The notes: a model not told the origin generated them from the letters alone. Counted from the stretch's first letter, positions 21,401-33,535 are shown. The stretch: DNA of 64,000 nucleotides from an uncultured Planctomycetota bacterium (GCA_963841915.1 CAWJEN010000006.1:928001-992000); one strand, 5' to 3'. Numbers and translations: made by a program.

Positions 21401-22084
21401 ATGACCGACGGCTTTTTGGTCCTCGACAAGCCCGCCGGCCTCTCGTCCGCCAAGGCGCTTAACAACGTCAAACGTCGCTTCGGCAAGGGCGTCAAGGTCG
21501 GACACGCCGGGACGCTTGATCCTTTTGCCACCGGTTGCCTGGTCGTGCTTGTCGGCCGCGGTACCAAGGCCAGCGATCGCGTCATGACGCTGTCCAAGGG
21601 CTACATCGCTGACGTTAAAGTTGGCGTCACGACGGCCACCTTCGACACCGAAACCGAAGAAACAGAAGGGCCGGCCATCGCTGAGCCGTCGCGGGCGAAG
21701 CTGGACGCGCTTTGCGACGCGGCCGTCGGTGAGGTGATGCAGCGACCGCCTGCGTTCAGCGCGATCAAAGTCGGCGGAAGGCGGGCCTACGACCTCGCAC
21801 GCGACGGGGCAGCCGTCGAGCTGCCGCCGCGTGCGGTGCAGGTCTACGCGATGAAGGTGCTCGACGTGGCGTGGCCGAAGGTTCGCGTCGAAATGCTCGT
21901 CGGCAAGGGCTTTTACGTCCGCAGCTTCGCCCGTGACTTCGCAGAACTGCTCGGAACCGTCGGCTACCTGACCAGCCTCCGCCGCACGCACGTCGGCCCG
22001 TTTCAAGCAGACAACGCGTCCGGCGTCGATGGTGACTTGCTGCCGCTGTCGACGTTGGATGATTGGAAGCAGCAGGCCCCCTGA
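21401..22084 (+). CDS. truB: tRNA pseudouridine(55) synthase
   Basis: LDKPAGLSS, KVGHAGTLDPFATG, PPAFSAIKVGGRRAYDLAR, KGFYVRS, LRRTHVGPF. Confidence 0.95.
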   Translation: MTDGFLVLDKPAGLSSAKALNNVKRRFGKGVKVGHAGTLDPFATGCLVVLVGRGTKASDRVMTLSKGYIADVKVGVTTATFDTETEETEGPAIAEPSRAKLDALCDAAVGEVMQRPPAFSAIKVGGRRAYDLARDGAAVELPPRAVQVYAMKVLDVAWPKVRVEMLVGKGFYVRSFARDFAELLGTVGYLTSLRRTHVGPFQADNASGVDGDLLPLSTLDDWKQQAP

Positions 22085-22163
22085 GCCGCGGTTTCACGGA
22101 CCACGGTTCAGGGCCGCTATAAGTTCGACGCAGGATGATCCTGTCTGACTTCGACAGATGTCA

Positions 22164-23210
22164 CTACAGCTTCGCCCGCTGCTCTTTCACCGCATCAATG
22201 AGGGCTTTCTGCGGCTTGGCGAACTTGGAGATGCCTTCTTCCATGAGAAAGTCCTCCATCGCCTGCAGATCGACCTCGTCGTCCAGCTCGGCCAGCACCT
22301 CATCGCTCGGCAGCTGATCGACCGTCTTTGCGTACGTCCCGGACCCGTCGGCGATCGCATCATTCGTCTCCGGCGGGTTCGTCTGGATGCCGCCGCCTGC
22401 CACATGCTTCGGGTAGTAGTCGTCATCCTGCCAATCGAGCTTCTTGCCCGTCGAGGCGAAGATGATCTCCTGCTCAAGCGGAAGGTTCTTGTCCTTCCAG
22501 AAGCTCTCGTTGTCCGCCCATAACCGCTTGGCATTGACGAGGCCCATCATGCCTTGGGCGTCGTCACTCAGGCCCGGCACCTTCTTCTCCGTATAAACGT
22601 CGACTCGGCTGATGAAGATGGAGTAGACGCTCTTGAACCGGTCGAGCCCGTTCTTTCGCTTCTGAGCCCCGCGCCAGACGGCATCGCGGGCTGCCTGGTA
22701 CTGCCGCTCGGTGAAGATCAGCGTCACATTCAGCGTCAATCCGTCGGCGGCGAGCGTTTCCAACGCCTCGAGCCCGGCAGGCGTGGCGGGCACCTTGATC
22801 ATGCGGTTCGTGTACCCGCTGCCCCAGTATCGGCCGAGGCTGATGTAACGGCTGACCCGCTCGTCGTGCGGCATGTCCGCTTCGGGGTCCTCGATCAGCG
22901 GGTCCAGCTCGAAGCTGACCCAACCGTCATTGCATTTGGTCCGCTCCCAGACGGGTTGGAACTGCTCTTGAGCCTTAGAAACGAGGTAGTCGCACATCAT
23001 CCACGCTGCCGACGTGTCGGTGGCGTTCTCGAGCATCGACTTCATGGTGTCGTCGAAGCGGCCACTCTTGATGAGGGCCGAGATGATAGCGGGATTGCTG
23101 GTGGCCCCGGTGATGCCGCGCTTGATGTTGGCCGTGACCTCGTCGGGATCGACGCTGTCGAGCCAGAGTTTGGTGCCGGTGTCGACGAGGCTTTGGAGTG
23201 CGTTGCTCAT
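22164..23210 (-). CDS. tal: Transaldolase family protein
   Basis: LWLDS, GATSNP, MIKVPAT (Schiff-base Lys), [19 protein letters not shown]. Confidence 0.9.
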   Translation of the reverse strand: MSNALQSLVDTGTKLWLDSVDPDEVTANIKRGITGATSNPAIISALIKSGRFDDTMKSMLENATDTSAAWMMCDYLVSKAQEQFQPVWERTKCNDGWVSFELDPLIEDPEADMPHDERVSRYISLGRYWGSGYTNRMIKVPATPAGLEALETLAADGLTLNVTLIFTERQYQAARDAVWRGAQKRKNGLDRFKSVYSIFISRVDVYTEKKVPGLSDDAQGMMGLVNAKRLWADNESFWKDKNLPLEQEIIFASTGKKLDWQDDDYYPKHVAGGGIQTNPPETNDAIADGSGTYAKTVDQLPSDEVLAELDDEVDLQAMEDFLMEEGISKFAKPQKALIDAVKEQRAKL

Positions 23211-23312
23211 GGGCGGCAGCGTACTGCAAGGCCCGCAATCCCGCCGCCCTTGGAACTGCGACACGTGTCGGTTGCCGACTCGTACACCGGCGCTATAGTC
23301 GCCGCCCCAAAC

Positions 23313-23394
23313 GGGAGTGTACCGAAGTGGACAAACGGGTCTGACTGTAAATCAGATGGCTACGCCTTCGGGGGTTCGAATCCCTCCGCTCCCA
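23313..23394 (+). tRNA. tRNA-Tyr (GTA), CCA not encoded
   Basis: Acceptor GGGAGTG/CGCTCCC, anticodon arm TCTGA-CTGTAAA-TCAGA, long variable arm, GGTTCGAATCC. Confidence 0.96.
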
Positions 23395-23403
23395 TAGACG
23401 CAC

Positions 23404-23428
23404 AAAGCCCCGCACTTTGCGGGGCTTT
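23404..23428. terminator. Bidirectional terminator after the tRNA
   Basis: AAAGCCCCGCA-CTT-TGCGGGGCTTTT. Confidence 0.85.
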
Positions 23429-23436
23429 TGCTTGGG

Positions 23437-24162
23437 CTACCGGAAAAGCGGACGGACCAGCAAAGCTACGCCAAAGACCGGGGCCGCAAATGCCGCGGCG
23501 GCGGTGCCTCCGACGATGAGTGCCGCGTCACCGACAACCGCAACCGGCAGGCCGACGGTGCCGACGACGGCCCGGTACGTCTTGTCGCCGCCGGTGGTCT
23601 CAAAGCTCGACGGAATGATCATCGCGTAAGCAAAGGCCGGCACTGCCGGCTGGCTCGTCGCGTCGCTGGTTGGCACACGGTAAAGGACGACCGACGCATT
23701 GTCCGTCAGAGGCAGCACTGTGCCGTCGGGGCGCGTGTACGGCTCGATGACGATGCCCGCATCCGTCACGGCCCGAGCCGTCTGCCTCAGCTTTGTCGCG
23801 GCGGCGTCGAGGCGCTGCACCTCGTCTGCACCCAGATCACGAATGGCCTGACGAATGTCCTTGCGGCCGTCGAGGACCGCCTGTGCGTCGAGCTCGGCCG
23901 GTGGGGCAAAATCGTTTCCTAGTGGCAAGACGACCCATCGCCGAGCGTCGAAGAGGAAGTCGAAGTTGCCAAGCCGCGGGCGTAGGACAAGCACCGGCCC
24001 CGTCTCGGCCTCAACAACATACGCAGGAGCCGTCGGCCGCGTGCCCAGGACGTCTGCGTCGCCGTAAGCATAACTGGCCGTCTGTCCGGTGAAACAGCCG
24101 GTTGTCACCAGTGTCAGCGGGATCAGGCACAGGCATAGAAGGCGCGTCGGCAGGCGTGGCAT
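23437..24162 (-). CDS. Hypothetical lipoprotein
   Basis: Signal ending TTGC; C-terminal hydrophobic GLPVAVVGDAALIVGG. Confidence 0.6.
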   Translation of the reverse strand: MPRLPTRLLCLCLIPLTLVTTGCFTGQTASYAYGDADVLGTRPTAPAYVVEAETGPVLVLRPRLGNFDFLFDARRWVVLPLGNDFAPPAELDAQAVLDGRKDIRQAIRDLGADEVQRLDAAATKLRQTARAVTDAGIVIEPYTRPDGTVLPLTDNASVVLYRVPTSDATSQPAVPAFAYAMIIPSSFETTGGDKTYRAVVGTVGLPVAVVGDAALIVGGTAAAAFAAPVFGVALLVRPLFR

Positions 24163-24186
24163 GGCCGGCACTGTACTGCGGTTGAC

Positions 24187-24888
24187 TCAGGAGGCGATGT
24201 ACTGCTCGTGGTGCGAGAGGTCGCCGCGGGCACGCGCCTCGAGCTGACGCATCCGGTCGTCCACCCGACGGGCGACTTCGAGTTGACGGTCCAGCGTCGT
24301 CGATAGCTCACCGAGCGAGCGGCTGCGGTCCACCGACTTGGCCATGGCGGCGGCGGTCAGCACACGATCGACGCCTGCCTCCAGTGCGTCTGCCGCCGGT
24401 CCGGCATCGAGCACGAGCGTGTCCCGCTCCTGATAAATCGTCTCGCGGGCCGAGTCGGTCGCAAGCTCCCGGGCGGCCAGCGTCAGGTCGAACGCGTCCT
24501 GCAGCGACGAGGCAGTCGTGTCGAAGAGCTCGCGAAGCTTGTGCCCCAGCTCCTGCGGATCATCAATGGGCACCCGATCGAGCTTCGGCCGCAGCTTACC
24601 GAGTCGGTCGACAAGGCTCGCAATGACGAACGCCCCTTTGACCTTGGCCCGCATCTCCAGATCGTCGAGGTCGCGCTGCCGAAACCGAGTCGCCGGACCT
24701 GCCGCGGGTGCTGCCGTTGCCTGCTGCCGGACGCTCATGCCGAAGAGCGTGCCCACACCCGCACCAATCGCAAGGCAACCGGCCGCCACGGGTATCAGCC
24801 AAGAGAACGCCAAGCCTCCGACCGCGACGGCAACGCCACCCACCACCAGAAAGCCACTGGCTATGCGCGTGCTGGTTGAGGTCGGCAT
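24187..24888 (-). CDS. Hypothetical protein, two N-terminal TM helices plus helical domain
   Basis: Codon-biased ORF from MPTSTS; upstream extension runs through parS. Confidence 0.65.
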   Translation of the reverse strand: MPTSTSTRIASGFLVVGGVAVAVGGLAFSWLIPVAAGCLAIGAGVGTLFGMSVRQQATAAPAAGPATRFRQRDLDDLEMRAKVKGAFVIASLVDRLGKLRPKLDRVPIDDPQELGHKLRELFDTTASSLQDAFDLTLAARELATDSARETIYQERDTLVLDAGPAADALEAGVDRVLTAAAMAKSVDRSRSLGELSTTLDRQLEVARRVDDRMRQLEARARGDLSHHEQYIAS

Positions 24889-24939
24889 GACCGACTTTAG
24901 CGCTGCGCCGCGGCGGCCACGCGGGTCGGCGAATGCGAA

Positions 24940-24955
24940 TGTTCCACGTGGAACA
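24940..24955. promoter_or_regulatory. parS: parS-type palindrome
   Basis: TGTTCCACGTGGAACA inside a perfect 26-bp palindrome (24935-24960). Confidence 0.88.
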
Positions 24956-25015
24956 TTCGCCGCGAGGGCAAATCGTCGATGGGCGGTCGTGGCGAGGGTG
25001 CGAGAACCTTCAGAC

Positions 25016-25031
25016 TGTTCCACGTGGAACA
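25016..25031. promoter_or_regulatory. parS: parS-type palindrome
   Basis: TGTTCCACGTGGAACA. Confidence 0.88.
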
Positions 25032-25186
25032 ATTTCGCGTCTTCGACTGCGTCGGCGGGTCGTCGGCCGTCCGTGATGGTGTGGTAGCTGGTGCGCACAG
25101 GATTACGAAGAAAGGGCGCGGCGGGTCGTCGCTACTGCGGGTCTTTGCTGCACGAAACCACCTGCGCCGCCGCGGCCGCCGCGGCG

Positions 25187-25856
25187 CTACGTCGCCCGGC
25201 CGGCAAGATCGACGATCTGGTCGATCACTTCGTCCTGCGTCAGGCTCGTCGTGTCGACCGCCGTCGCACCCGTCGCTTGGATGAGCGGGGCGATCTTGCG
25301 GTTGGCGTCGCGGCCGTCCCGTTCGATCATCTCGCGCAGGATCTCGCGCTCGTCGACGATCTCGCCACGGTCGCGAAGCTGCGTGCGCACGCCGCCTGGC
25401 CCGTTCGGCCGGGTCGGCGGTGAGAAACACCTTCACAGCCGCGTCAGGAAAAACGACGCTGCCCTGATCGCGACCTTCGGTGACCAAACCTGCCCTGCGG
25501 AAGTTGTGGCCGATCTCCCGCTGCTGTTCGACGAGCCGCTGGCGGATCTCGGGAACCGTCGCGACGTAGCTGGCGGCCCGCGTTGCGTCGCCGCCACGGA
25601 GCAGGTGACCGACCGGCTCGCCGTTGAGCAACACGCCCGGCGGGTCCTTGTCCCACACGAACTCGATACGGCAGTGCTGCGCGACGAAGGCCAACTCGCG
25701 TGGATCGTCAAGGTCAGCCTCCCGGCGGATGGCCTCGAGTCCGATCGCCCGGTACATGGCCCCCGTGTCGAGGAAGTCGAAGCCGAGCCGAGCGGCCACC
25801 GCTCGCGCGACGGAGCTTTTGCCCGTGCCTGCCGGGCCGTCGATCGTCACGATGAT
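25187..25856 (-). CDS. cmk: Cytidylate kinase, +1 frameshift near 25390; start uncertain
   Basis: IVTIDGPAGTGKSS, FLDTGAMYR, EGRDQGSVVFPDA.VKVFLTA; C-terminal ERDGRDANRKIAPL in the adjacent frame. Confidence 0.92.
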
Positions 25857-25967
25857 GCCGCCGCTCGGGTGCTGCCACGATCGCAGTATGGCGGGGCAGG
25901 TGCGCCGGTTCCACCTTTGGCGACTTTCCGGCATGAAGTGTCGCTGTGCGGTGACGAAGAAATAGAA

Positions 25968-25992
25968 CGACCTCGTCCAAGGGACGAGGTCG
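25968..25992 (-). terminator. Terminator-like hairpin after the helicase gene
   Basis: CGACCTCGTCC-AAG-GGACGAGGTCG with T-rich tail on the minus strand. Confidence 0.65.
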
Positions 25993-26031
25993 CTTGTTTT
26001 CATCAGCCTCGAGCGAGGCGAAGCGTCAGCC

Positions 26032-27459
<1,428 letters not shown>

Positions 27460-27776
27460 AGCAGTCTGGGGGTCGATGTGTCGGTTCGCACGCCACCGTC
27501 CGGCCCGGTGCGGGTCGGATCAACGGCAGGTCGTGCGTGACGACTGGCCTCATCGGTAGCGATCGAGGGCCCCTCGCAGAAAGCGAAGACATCGACGGTG
27601 CGGGAAGACAGTCCGGATGCAGGCAATGCCTGTGTCCGCCGCATGCTACGCACGCCAAGCCGGCAGAGTTCAGGAGCGGGTGAAAGTTCCGGCCGGGCGG
27701 CAAGCGTATCGGCGATCTGGTGCCACGCCTTCTCCCGAAGACGAAGGTGTGTCGATGGGCGTCGGCGAGCACAAAA

Positions 27777-27802
27777 AAGCCGCGACCGATTGGCCGCGGC
27801 TT
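27777..27802 (-). terminator. Intrinsic terminator
   Basis: AAGCCGCG...CGCGGCTT stem followed by a T run on the minus strand. Confidence 0.75.
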
Positions 27803-27822
27803 CTAAGGGTAAGCACAAACGT

Positions 27823-29358
27823 TCAGCTGCGACGACGACGCAGCATAGCCAATCCGCCGAGGCCCAGCAGTGCAAGCGACGTCGGCTCCGGCACGTTGGC
27901 GGCGTAGAAGGCGTCGAGGGCGGCAAGGCCATTCTGCGTCGCACCGAAGTTGGCCCGCAGGATGGCAAAGTCGAGGATGCTGACCGTGCCGTCACCATTG
28001 AAGTCGCCCAGGGCGAATGTGGCATTCTCGGCCAAACCGAAGTTGGCCCGCAGGATGGCAAAGTCGAGGATCGAAACGGTGCCGTCGCCGTTGGCGTCGC
28101 CGGGCAAGACCGGGTCGGCCACGCTCACGCCGCTGATGTTGAGCGAGTAGAGCTGCAACCGGTCTTGCGAACCGGTGACGCGGGCGAAGTAGGTGCCGAC
28201 GGTGTCGAGCAGGATGTCGTCGATGACTTCACCGAGGCCGTTACCGTTGAGGTCGAAGCTGGCCAGCAGCGTGCTGCCGTCGATGTCGAAGAGCTCGAGG
28301 GCCAGGTCGTTGTCGTCGCTGGTGTCAAACGACGACTGGCTGCCGGAGTTTTGCGCACCTTGGCGGTAGGTCGGTCCCAGCGGCTCGAGGACGAGGTCGA
28401 CGAGCGACGAGTTCGTGATGTCGAAGGCGAAGACGTCGCTGTCGGTGATGCCGTCGATGCTGACGAAGTCGACTTCGTTGGCTTCGATGCGGGTGCCGGT
28501 GTTGCCGTCAAGACCGACGGCAACCTGGCTGTCGGTGGCGACGCCGAGGGATGTCGCGGTGGCGAAGGTGTCGTTACCGCCGTTCTTTTCGAGGCGGTCG
28601 CCGTAGCCGCGGTGCAGGGCGCGCAGGTCGTCCATCTGCGGGCCGTCGAAGTTGAGGTTGATGAACGGCTCCATCAGGAACGACGCGTTGTCGCTTTCTA
28701 CGTGGCTCATACCCAGGCCGTGACCGTGCTCGTGCATGAGGACGTTGCGCAGGGCCAGCGAGTTGCCCGCGGTGGACGAGTAGAAGTTGACGTCGCCTGT
28801 GTCGAGCGTCATGTCGCCACCCGACGTGGCAAAGAAGTTGCTGGCCAGGACGCCGCTGTTGCCGTCGCGGAAGCTGCCACCGATGCGGACGTCTGCGCGG
28901 ACGCCGAGCTGCCCGTTGAAGACAGAGTTGGAGAGACCCGAGCCGTCGTCGTTGGCCTCGTAGACGTAACTGACGCCGCCGAGCTGGCTCCAACGGTCGA
29001 AGGCCTGCTCAAAGGGGGCGAACCACGGGCGCTGGGTCAGGTCGCTGCCACCGGGGCCGCTGCCTCGGATGCCGTCGAGGAAGCTGATGAGGTCGTTTGT
29101 GCCGTCGATCCACGGGGTGCCTTGATCGACAAAGCCCCACGTGAGGGTGATGCCGTCACCGCGTTGGATGCCGTTGCCGTCGGTGGCGGTGCGGTTCCAC
29201 GTGTCGTTGAGAAAGTAGCCGTTTGGTGTCGACGAGCTGACGTGCCCGCAGAAGCCGTCGTGGGCGTGGCCGATGGTCGTATCGCCAGCATTTATGGCAA
29301 AGGCGGCGGGCGTCGCGAGCAGGACGGCGGCAATGGCGGGAGACAGCTTGGCGATCAT
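27823..29358 (-). CDS. Matrixin-type (metzincin) metalloprotease with dockerin-like repeat and PEP-CTERM
   Basis: HEHGHGLGMSH zinc motif, Met-turn LMEP, GDANGDGTVSILDF x2, VPEPTSLALLGLGG..RRRR. Confidence 0.9.
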   Translation of the reverse strand: MIAKLSPAIAAVLLATPAAFAINAGDTTIGHAHDGFCGHVSSSTPNGYFLNDTWNRTATDGNGIQRGDGITLTWGFVDQGTPWIDGTNDLISFLDGIRGSGPGGSDLTQRPWFAPFEQAFDRWSQLGGVSYVYEANDDGSGLSNSVFNGQLGVRADVRIGGSFRDGNSGVLASNFFATSGGDMTLDTGDVNFYSSTAGNSLALRNVLMHEHGHGLGMSHVESDNASFLMEPFINLNFDGPQMDDLRALHRGYGDRLEKNGGNDTFATATSLGVATDSQVAVGLDGNTGTRIEANEVDFVSIDGITDSDVFAFDITNSSLVDLVLEPLGPTYRQGAQNSGSQSSFDTSDDNDLALELFDIDGSTLLASFDLNGNGLGEVIDDILLDTVGTYFARVTGSQDRLQLYSLNISGVSVADPVLPGDANGDGTVSILDFAILRANFGLAENATFALGDFNGDGTVSILDFAILRANFGATQNGLAALDAFYAANVPEPTSLALLGLGGLAMLRRRRS

Positions 29359-29470
29359 GAGAAAGTCGTTCTGGTGCGGAAGGAGGGTCGCAGCTTCAAC
29401 GGCTGAGGCACGGCCGAGCCCTCAGGGTGAAACATGTTCGAACAGTCTCGCCCGCGGGTTCGGTCACTGT

Positions 29471-30046
29471 CTAAGAACCAGGAACTTTTGCCGCATCAGG
29501 CCTGGGTGGTAACGGTTGTGCCGGCAAAGGCGCGATACTACCAGCAAGACGAAGTTCGCCGCGGTACAGATTCGGTCGAGGTTCGGGCGGATCGATCCAC
29601 GCCACCAGCTCATCAAGCCACAGTGCTGCCCGCACCTTGTCCGCCACCTGGGGCCGATGGAACGGGCTCATCGCGTAGCAACCGGCCGCCAGCACGCCGG
29701 CGGCGAGTGCGAGTGTCATGGCGGTCAGCTTCCTGCCGCTCCACAAGAGCAGACGGCCGGCCTGGCGGAGCGTCGTGCAGTCGCCGGTGACGACGGTGCC
29801 GTCGGCCCGCTTCGTCAGTCGCACGCACAATCGCTCACCTGCCGCCTCGTGTCGGGCGACGAGTGACTCCGCCTCTGCCCGCGGCATGTGGCGCAGGTCG
29901 TAGACGTTGAACGAGCACAGTTCGCAGTGCCTGACCGCCGAGTGGCGCTCGCCTGCCACGCGTTTCATTGTGCCCCAATCGACGGTGCACGGCTCTGGAA
30001 TCTCCAGAACCTCAAGGCGGATACTCGGCCTGGTGGCGACGGTCAT
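29471..30046 (-). CDS. Hypothetical protein with Cys-rich N-terminal domain and TM helix
   Basis: IPEPC..W..M..RHCELC..VYDL..M..RLCVR...DGTVVTGDC pattern. Confidence 0.7.
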   Translation of the reverse strand: MTVATRPSIRLEVLEIPEPCTVDWGTMKRVAGERHSAVRHCELCSFNVYDLRHMPRAEAESLVARHEAAGERLCVRLTKRADGTVVTGDCTTLRQAGRLLLWSGRKLTAMTLALAAGVLAAGCYAMSPFHRPQVADKVRAALWLDELVAWIDPPEPRPNLYRGELRLAGSIAPLPAQPLPPRPDAAKVPGS

Positions 30047-30159
30047 GCAAGTGTGACGGGGCAGGCGGCCGCATCTTAACAAAGTCGCAGCTGATCCGCA
30101 GGCTTTGTGTGATGCATGTAAGCGATGACGTCGGGCGGCATTGCGCGAATCGACATGCT

Positions 30160-31458
30160 TTAGTCACGGCCCAGCAGCGCCCGCTGCAGGTTCTTCATGC
30201 TCTGACGTAGCCGTTGCTCGTTCTCGACGAGGGCAATTCGCACCCATTGCCGCCCTTGCTCCCCGAAGCCGCTGCCGGGGGCTAAGGCGACTTCGGCCTC
30301 GTCGAGCATCCGAATGCTGAAGTCGATGTCGTCTTCACCCGGCTTCAGGTGCTCGTCGGCGATTTTGGCCCAGACGAACATGCTCGCCCGTGGCTTGTCG
30401 TACTGCCAGCCGAGTTTGTCGAGGCCGCGGCAGACTTCGTCACGTCTGGCTTCGTACTTCAACGCCTGATCACGCGGCGTGTCTGCACACTCGCGCATCG
30501 CGATGACGCCGGCAATTTGGATCGGGTTGAAGCTGCCGTAGTCGTAGTAGCCCTTGATGGTCTTGAGGGCGGCGATCATTTCGGCATTGCCGCAGCAGAA
30601 ACCGACACGCCAGCCGGCCATGTTGTACCCCTTGCTCATCGTCGTGAACTCCACGCCGACCCGCTTGGCCCCCGTTGCCGCCAGGAAGCTCGGCGGCCTG
30701 TAGCCGTCGAAGCCGATGTCGCCGTAGGCAAAGTCGCTCATGCAGATGACGCCGTACCGGTTGCACAGATCCGCCGCCGCCTGCATGAAGTCGGCATCCA
30801 CCGTCGCAGCCGTCGGATTGTGCGGGTAGTTGAGGATGAGCAGCTTGGGCCGCGGGAACACGTCGCGGATGGAGTGCTCGACGCGATCCAGAAACGCCTG
30901 ATCGGTGCCGAGCGGGATGCGGATGACGTTCGCCCCCGCCATAGCCGGGCCGTAGAGGTGAATCGGGAACGCCGGGTCGGGCACGACGGCCGTATCACCG
31001 GGTCCCAGCAGGGCCAGGCAAAGGTGACTGATGCCTTCCTTGGAGCCGATGGTGACGATGACCTCGGTCTCAGGGTCGAGCGTGACGCCGTGCTCCTTCT
31101 GGTACTTCTTGGCCACCTCCCGCTTCAGACCGGCGATGCCGCTGGCGGCCATCTGGTAGCGGTGATTGCCCTTGTCCTGCGCCGCTTCGGTGAGCTTGTC
31201 GATCACCGGTTGCGGCGTCGGGTCGGTCGGGTTGCCCATGCCCAAATCGATGACGTCGCGGCCTTCCTGCCGCATCCGCAGCTTGGCGGCGTTGATGCGA
31301 CCAAAGAGGTAGGGCGGCAACCGCTTGAGCCGCGGCGCGACGTCAAAACTCATCGGCAGCTCGGCCACCGCTGGCCCGTCCCGCTCGGCCACGTCGCCCT
31401 CCTCGATCGGCAGCACTTCGGGGGTTTGAGCGGCTTCGTCAAGGGTGGCTGTGGACAC
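30160..31458 (-). CDS. Class I/II PLP aminotransferase (AlaC / LL-DAP aminotransferase-like)
   Basis: RLPPYLF, DLGMGNP, NYPHNPT, DFAY, SKGYNMAGWRVG, KGYYDYG. Confidence 0.9.
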   Translation of the reverse strand: MSTATLDEAAQTPEVLPIEEGDVAERDGPAVAELPMSFDVAPRLKRLPPYLFGRINAAKLRMRQEGRDVIDLGMGNPTDPTPQPVIDKLTEAAQDKGNHRYQMAASGIAGLKREVAKKYQKEHGVTLDPETEVIVTIGSKEGISHLCLALLGPGDTAVVPDPAFPIHLYGPAMAGANVIRIPLGTDQAFLDRVEHSIRDVFPRPKLLILNYPHNPTAATVDADFMQAAADLCNRYGVICMSDFAYGDIGFDGYRPPSFLAATGAKRVGVEFTTMSKGYNMAGWRVGFCCGNAEMIAALKTIKGYYDYGSFNPIQIAGVIAMRECADTPRDQALKYEARRDEVCRGLDKLGWQYDKPRASMFVWAKIADEHLKPGEDDIDFSIRMLDEAEVALAPGSGFGEQGRQWVRIALVENEQRLRQSMKNLQRALLGRD

Positions 31459-31469
31459 GTCGCCTCATG

Positions 31470-32636
31470 CTACGGCAGGGTCGGTTGCGTCGCCGGTGCC
31501 GTCGTGGGCATCAACCCCGACCGCGTCGAAGGCGCAGGCTCCGTCGTCGGTCGCTGACGCTCCATTTGGTCTCTCAGCTCGTCCGTCTCCGTCGGTTGCG
31601 GACGGAGCAAGGCCAGCCTGTCGGCGAACTGCCGGGCAAGCACCTCATCCCGCAGATCAAGGACGCCCTCTCGCGAAAGCAGCTGGGCGTACGTCTGCCG
31701 CATCCTGACCATGATCTGGTCGGCCAGCTCGACCGTGATCTGCTCACGCAGTTCGTCCTTCACGTTGTCGTACTCGACGGCCGTCGGTGGCAGGATCTCC
31801 TCGAGCTTCGCCACGACAAAAGCACCTTCTGACTGGACCGCGTCGCTGACGTCGCCCGGCTTCAGGTTGAACATCGCCTGCTTCAACGGCAACGGCACCG
31901 ACGACTCCCGCGTGAACGGCTCGATCTTGCCTGCCTGTGACGACAAAACCGGGTCGCTGTTGAGCTCGCGGGCCAGCGTCTCGAACGCTTCGCCGGCGTC
32001 GAGCCGTTGCCTGACCTCTGCTGCCTCCCGGAGCGTCGGTACCGAGATGACGCGGATCGACGCCCGCTCACCGTACCGGCGGCCGAACTCTGCACGCAGC
32101 ATCTCGTCGGTCAATCCGCGATCGACTGTCGGCCCGGCACCTTTGCGAAGCAGGGCGTTTGTCTCGATCGTCACGTCGAACTCGGCCCGGCTGATGCCTT
32201 GCCGTGCGAGCAGCTGCGTCATCGCCTGCTCATATTGATCGGGCGGAACCTGGTCACCGAACGCCTGGGCGAGTGTGCGATTCCGCTCGTTCTGCATGTC
32301 TTCATCAGTCAGCGTCAGGCCAAGCTGCTTGGCCTGCTCCCGCGCGAGTTCCCGTTGCATGAGCTGCAACGCAGCGTCGAGGCCTCGCGTCTCCCGTAGA
32401 AAGTCGTCGTAGTCCTCCTCGCTCAGCGTCACCCGCACATCGGCAACCGTTGCGACGGCAATGGCCTTGCCGCGGGTGGTGGGCGAGATCTGCGTCGTCG
32501 GCAGGGCGACAGGCTCATCGACCGGCACGTCGAGCACCATCGGCACGACGGGCGGCTTGGATGCCGCAGCGTCGGGCTCGGCAGGCGAGGAACAACCAAC
32601 GACGAGCAGGGCGGTGATGAGGCACAGGCGATGCAT
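31470..32636 (-). CDS. PpiC/parvulin-type foldase lipoprotein (PrsA/SurA-like)
   Basis: Lipobox VVGC; GEAFETLARELNSD, FNLKPGDVSDAV. Confidence 0.8.
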   Translation of the reverse strand: MHRLCLITALLVVGCSSPAEPDAAASKPPVVPMVLDVPVDEPVALPTTQISPTTRGKAIAVATVADVRVTLSEEDYDDFLRETRGLDAALQLMQRELAREQAKQLGLTLTDEDMQNERNRTLAQAFGDQVPPDQYEQAMTQLLARQGISRAEFDVTIETNALLRKGAGPTVDRGLTDEMLRAEFGRRYGERASIRVISVPTLREAAEVRQRLDAGEAFETLARELNSDPVLSSQAGKIEPFTRESSVPLPLKQAMFNLKPGDVSDAVQSEGAFVVAKLEEILPPTAVEYDNVKDELREQITVELADQIMVRMRQTYAQLLSREGVLDLRDEVLARQFADRLALLRPQPTETDELRDQMERQRPTTEPAPSTRSGLMPTTAPATQPTLP

Positions 32637-32836
32637 GCGGTCACGATAGTTCGCAGCCGGTCGTGCCGTTGAGGAGCAAGTGTCAGGCTGTAGTGGATGC
32701 GCGGGCGGGCAGACAAAAAAGGTTGTGTTCTTCGCGCTGTCTTTACAGTCGAGAAGGAACGGTTCGTGTATGGTGCGGCCGTCGACGCGGGACGCTCCCG
32801 CTCGTCCACCCTCAGACTCGATTGGGAGAAACCCGC

Positions 32837-33535
32837 ATGCTTAAGACCACCCTCACCGCCGCCGCCGCCATTGCCGCTGCTGCTTCGTTCGCCTCGGCCG
32901 ACCTCATCATCTCCGAAGTCATCGACGGCACCCTCGCCGGTGGCAACCCCAAGTTCGTCGAAATCACGAACACCGGCGCCGCCGACTTCACCTTCGCCGA
33001 CGGCGGCATCATCGTCCAGTCCAACCTCTCGACCGACCTCGACATCGATGTCGACCTGACGGGCATCACGATCGTCGCCGGTGACTCCTACGTCATCCAG
33101 TCGGCGAGCAACGACGGCGAAACCGTCTTCGAAGACACCTATGGTTTCGCAGCTGACCTCTACACGCCGGCCTTCTTCAGCAACGGCGACGACCGTTACA
33201 TCCTGGCCGACGCCACCGACGGCATGGGCGTCGCGACCAACCTCGTCGACATATACGGCGAGATTGACGTCGACGGCACCGGCACCGTCTGGGACTTCCT
33301 CGACGGCTACTCGTATCGCCTGCCGACCGCCATCAGCAGCAACGGTGGTGTCTTTGACGCCTCCGAGTTCTTCTTCGGCGGTGTCGACTCGCTCGAGACC
33401 GGCGACGACGTGACCGAGACCGCGCTCATCCTGAGCCTAACCACGCCCGGCACGCACGTCTTCGTGCCCGAGCCGACCAGCCTGGCCCTCGTCGGCGTCG
33501 CCGGCCTCGCCGCACTGCGTCGCCGCCGCGCCTGA
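32837..33535 (+). CDS. PEP-CTERM protein with lamin-tail-like domain
   Basis: GGAG RBS, signal peptide, LIISEV..PKFVEITNTG, NGDD, VPEPTSLALVGVAGLAALRRRR. Confidence 0.88.
   Translation: MLKTTLTAAAAIAAAASFASADLIISEVIDGTLAGGNPKFVEITNTGAADFTFADGGIIVQSNLSTDLDIDVDLTGITIVAGDSYVIQSASNDGETVFEDTYGFAADLYTPAFFSNGDDRYILADATDGMGVATNLVDIYGEIDVDGTGTVWDFLDGYSYRLPTAISSNGGVFDASEFFFGGVDSLETGDDVTETALILSLTTPGTHVFVPEPTSLALVGVAGLAALRRRRA

Larger units (their letters stand above)
24900..25180 (-). repeat. Non-coding element, copy 2 (inverted), carrying two parS sites
   Basis: Reverse complement shares blocks with 3992-4261. Confidence 0.8.

Noticed and set aside
23313..23440. tRNA-Tyr as an integration site of a genomic island
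   Set aside because: Followed directly by a terminator; no integrase and no duplicated tRNA 3' end seen in the window
29185..29196. TTCCACGTG partial parS-like word in the metalloprotease gene
   Set aside because: The right arm (TCGTT) does not match and the site is not palindromic
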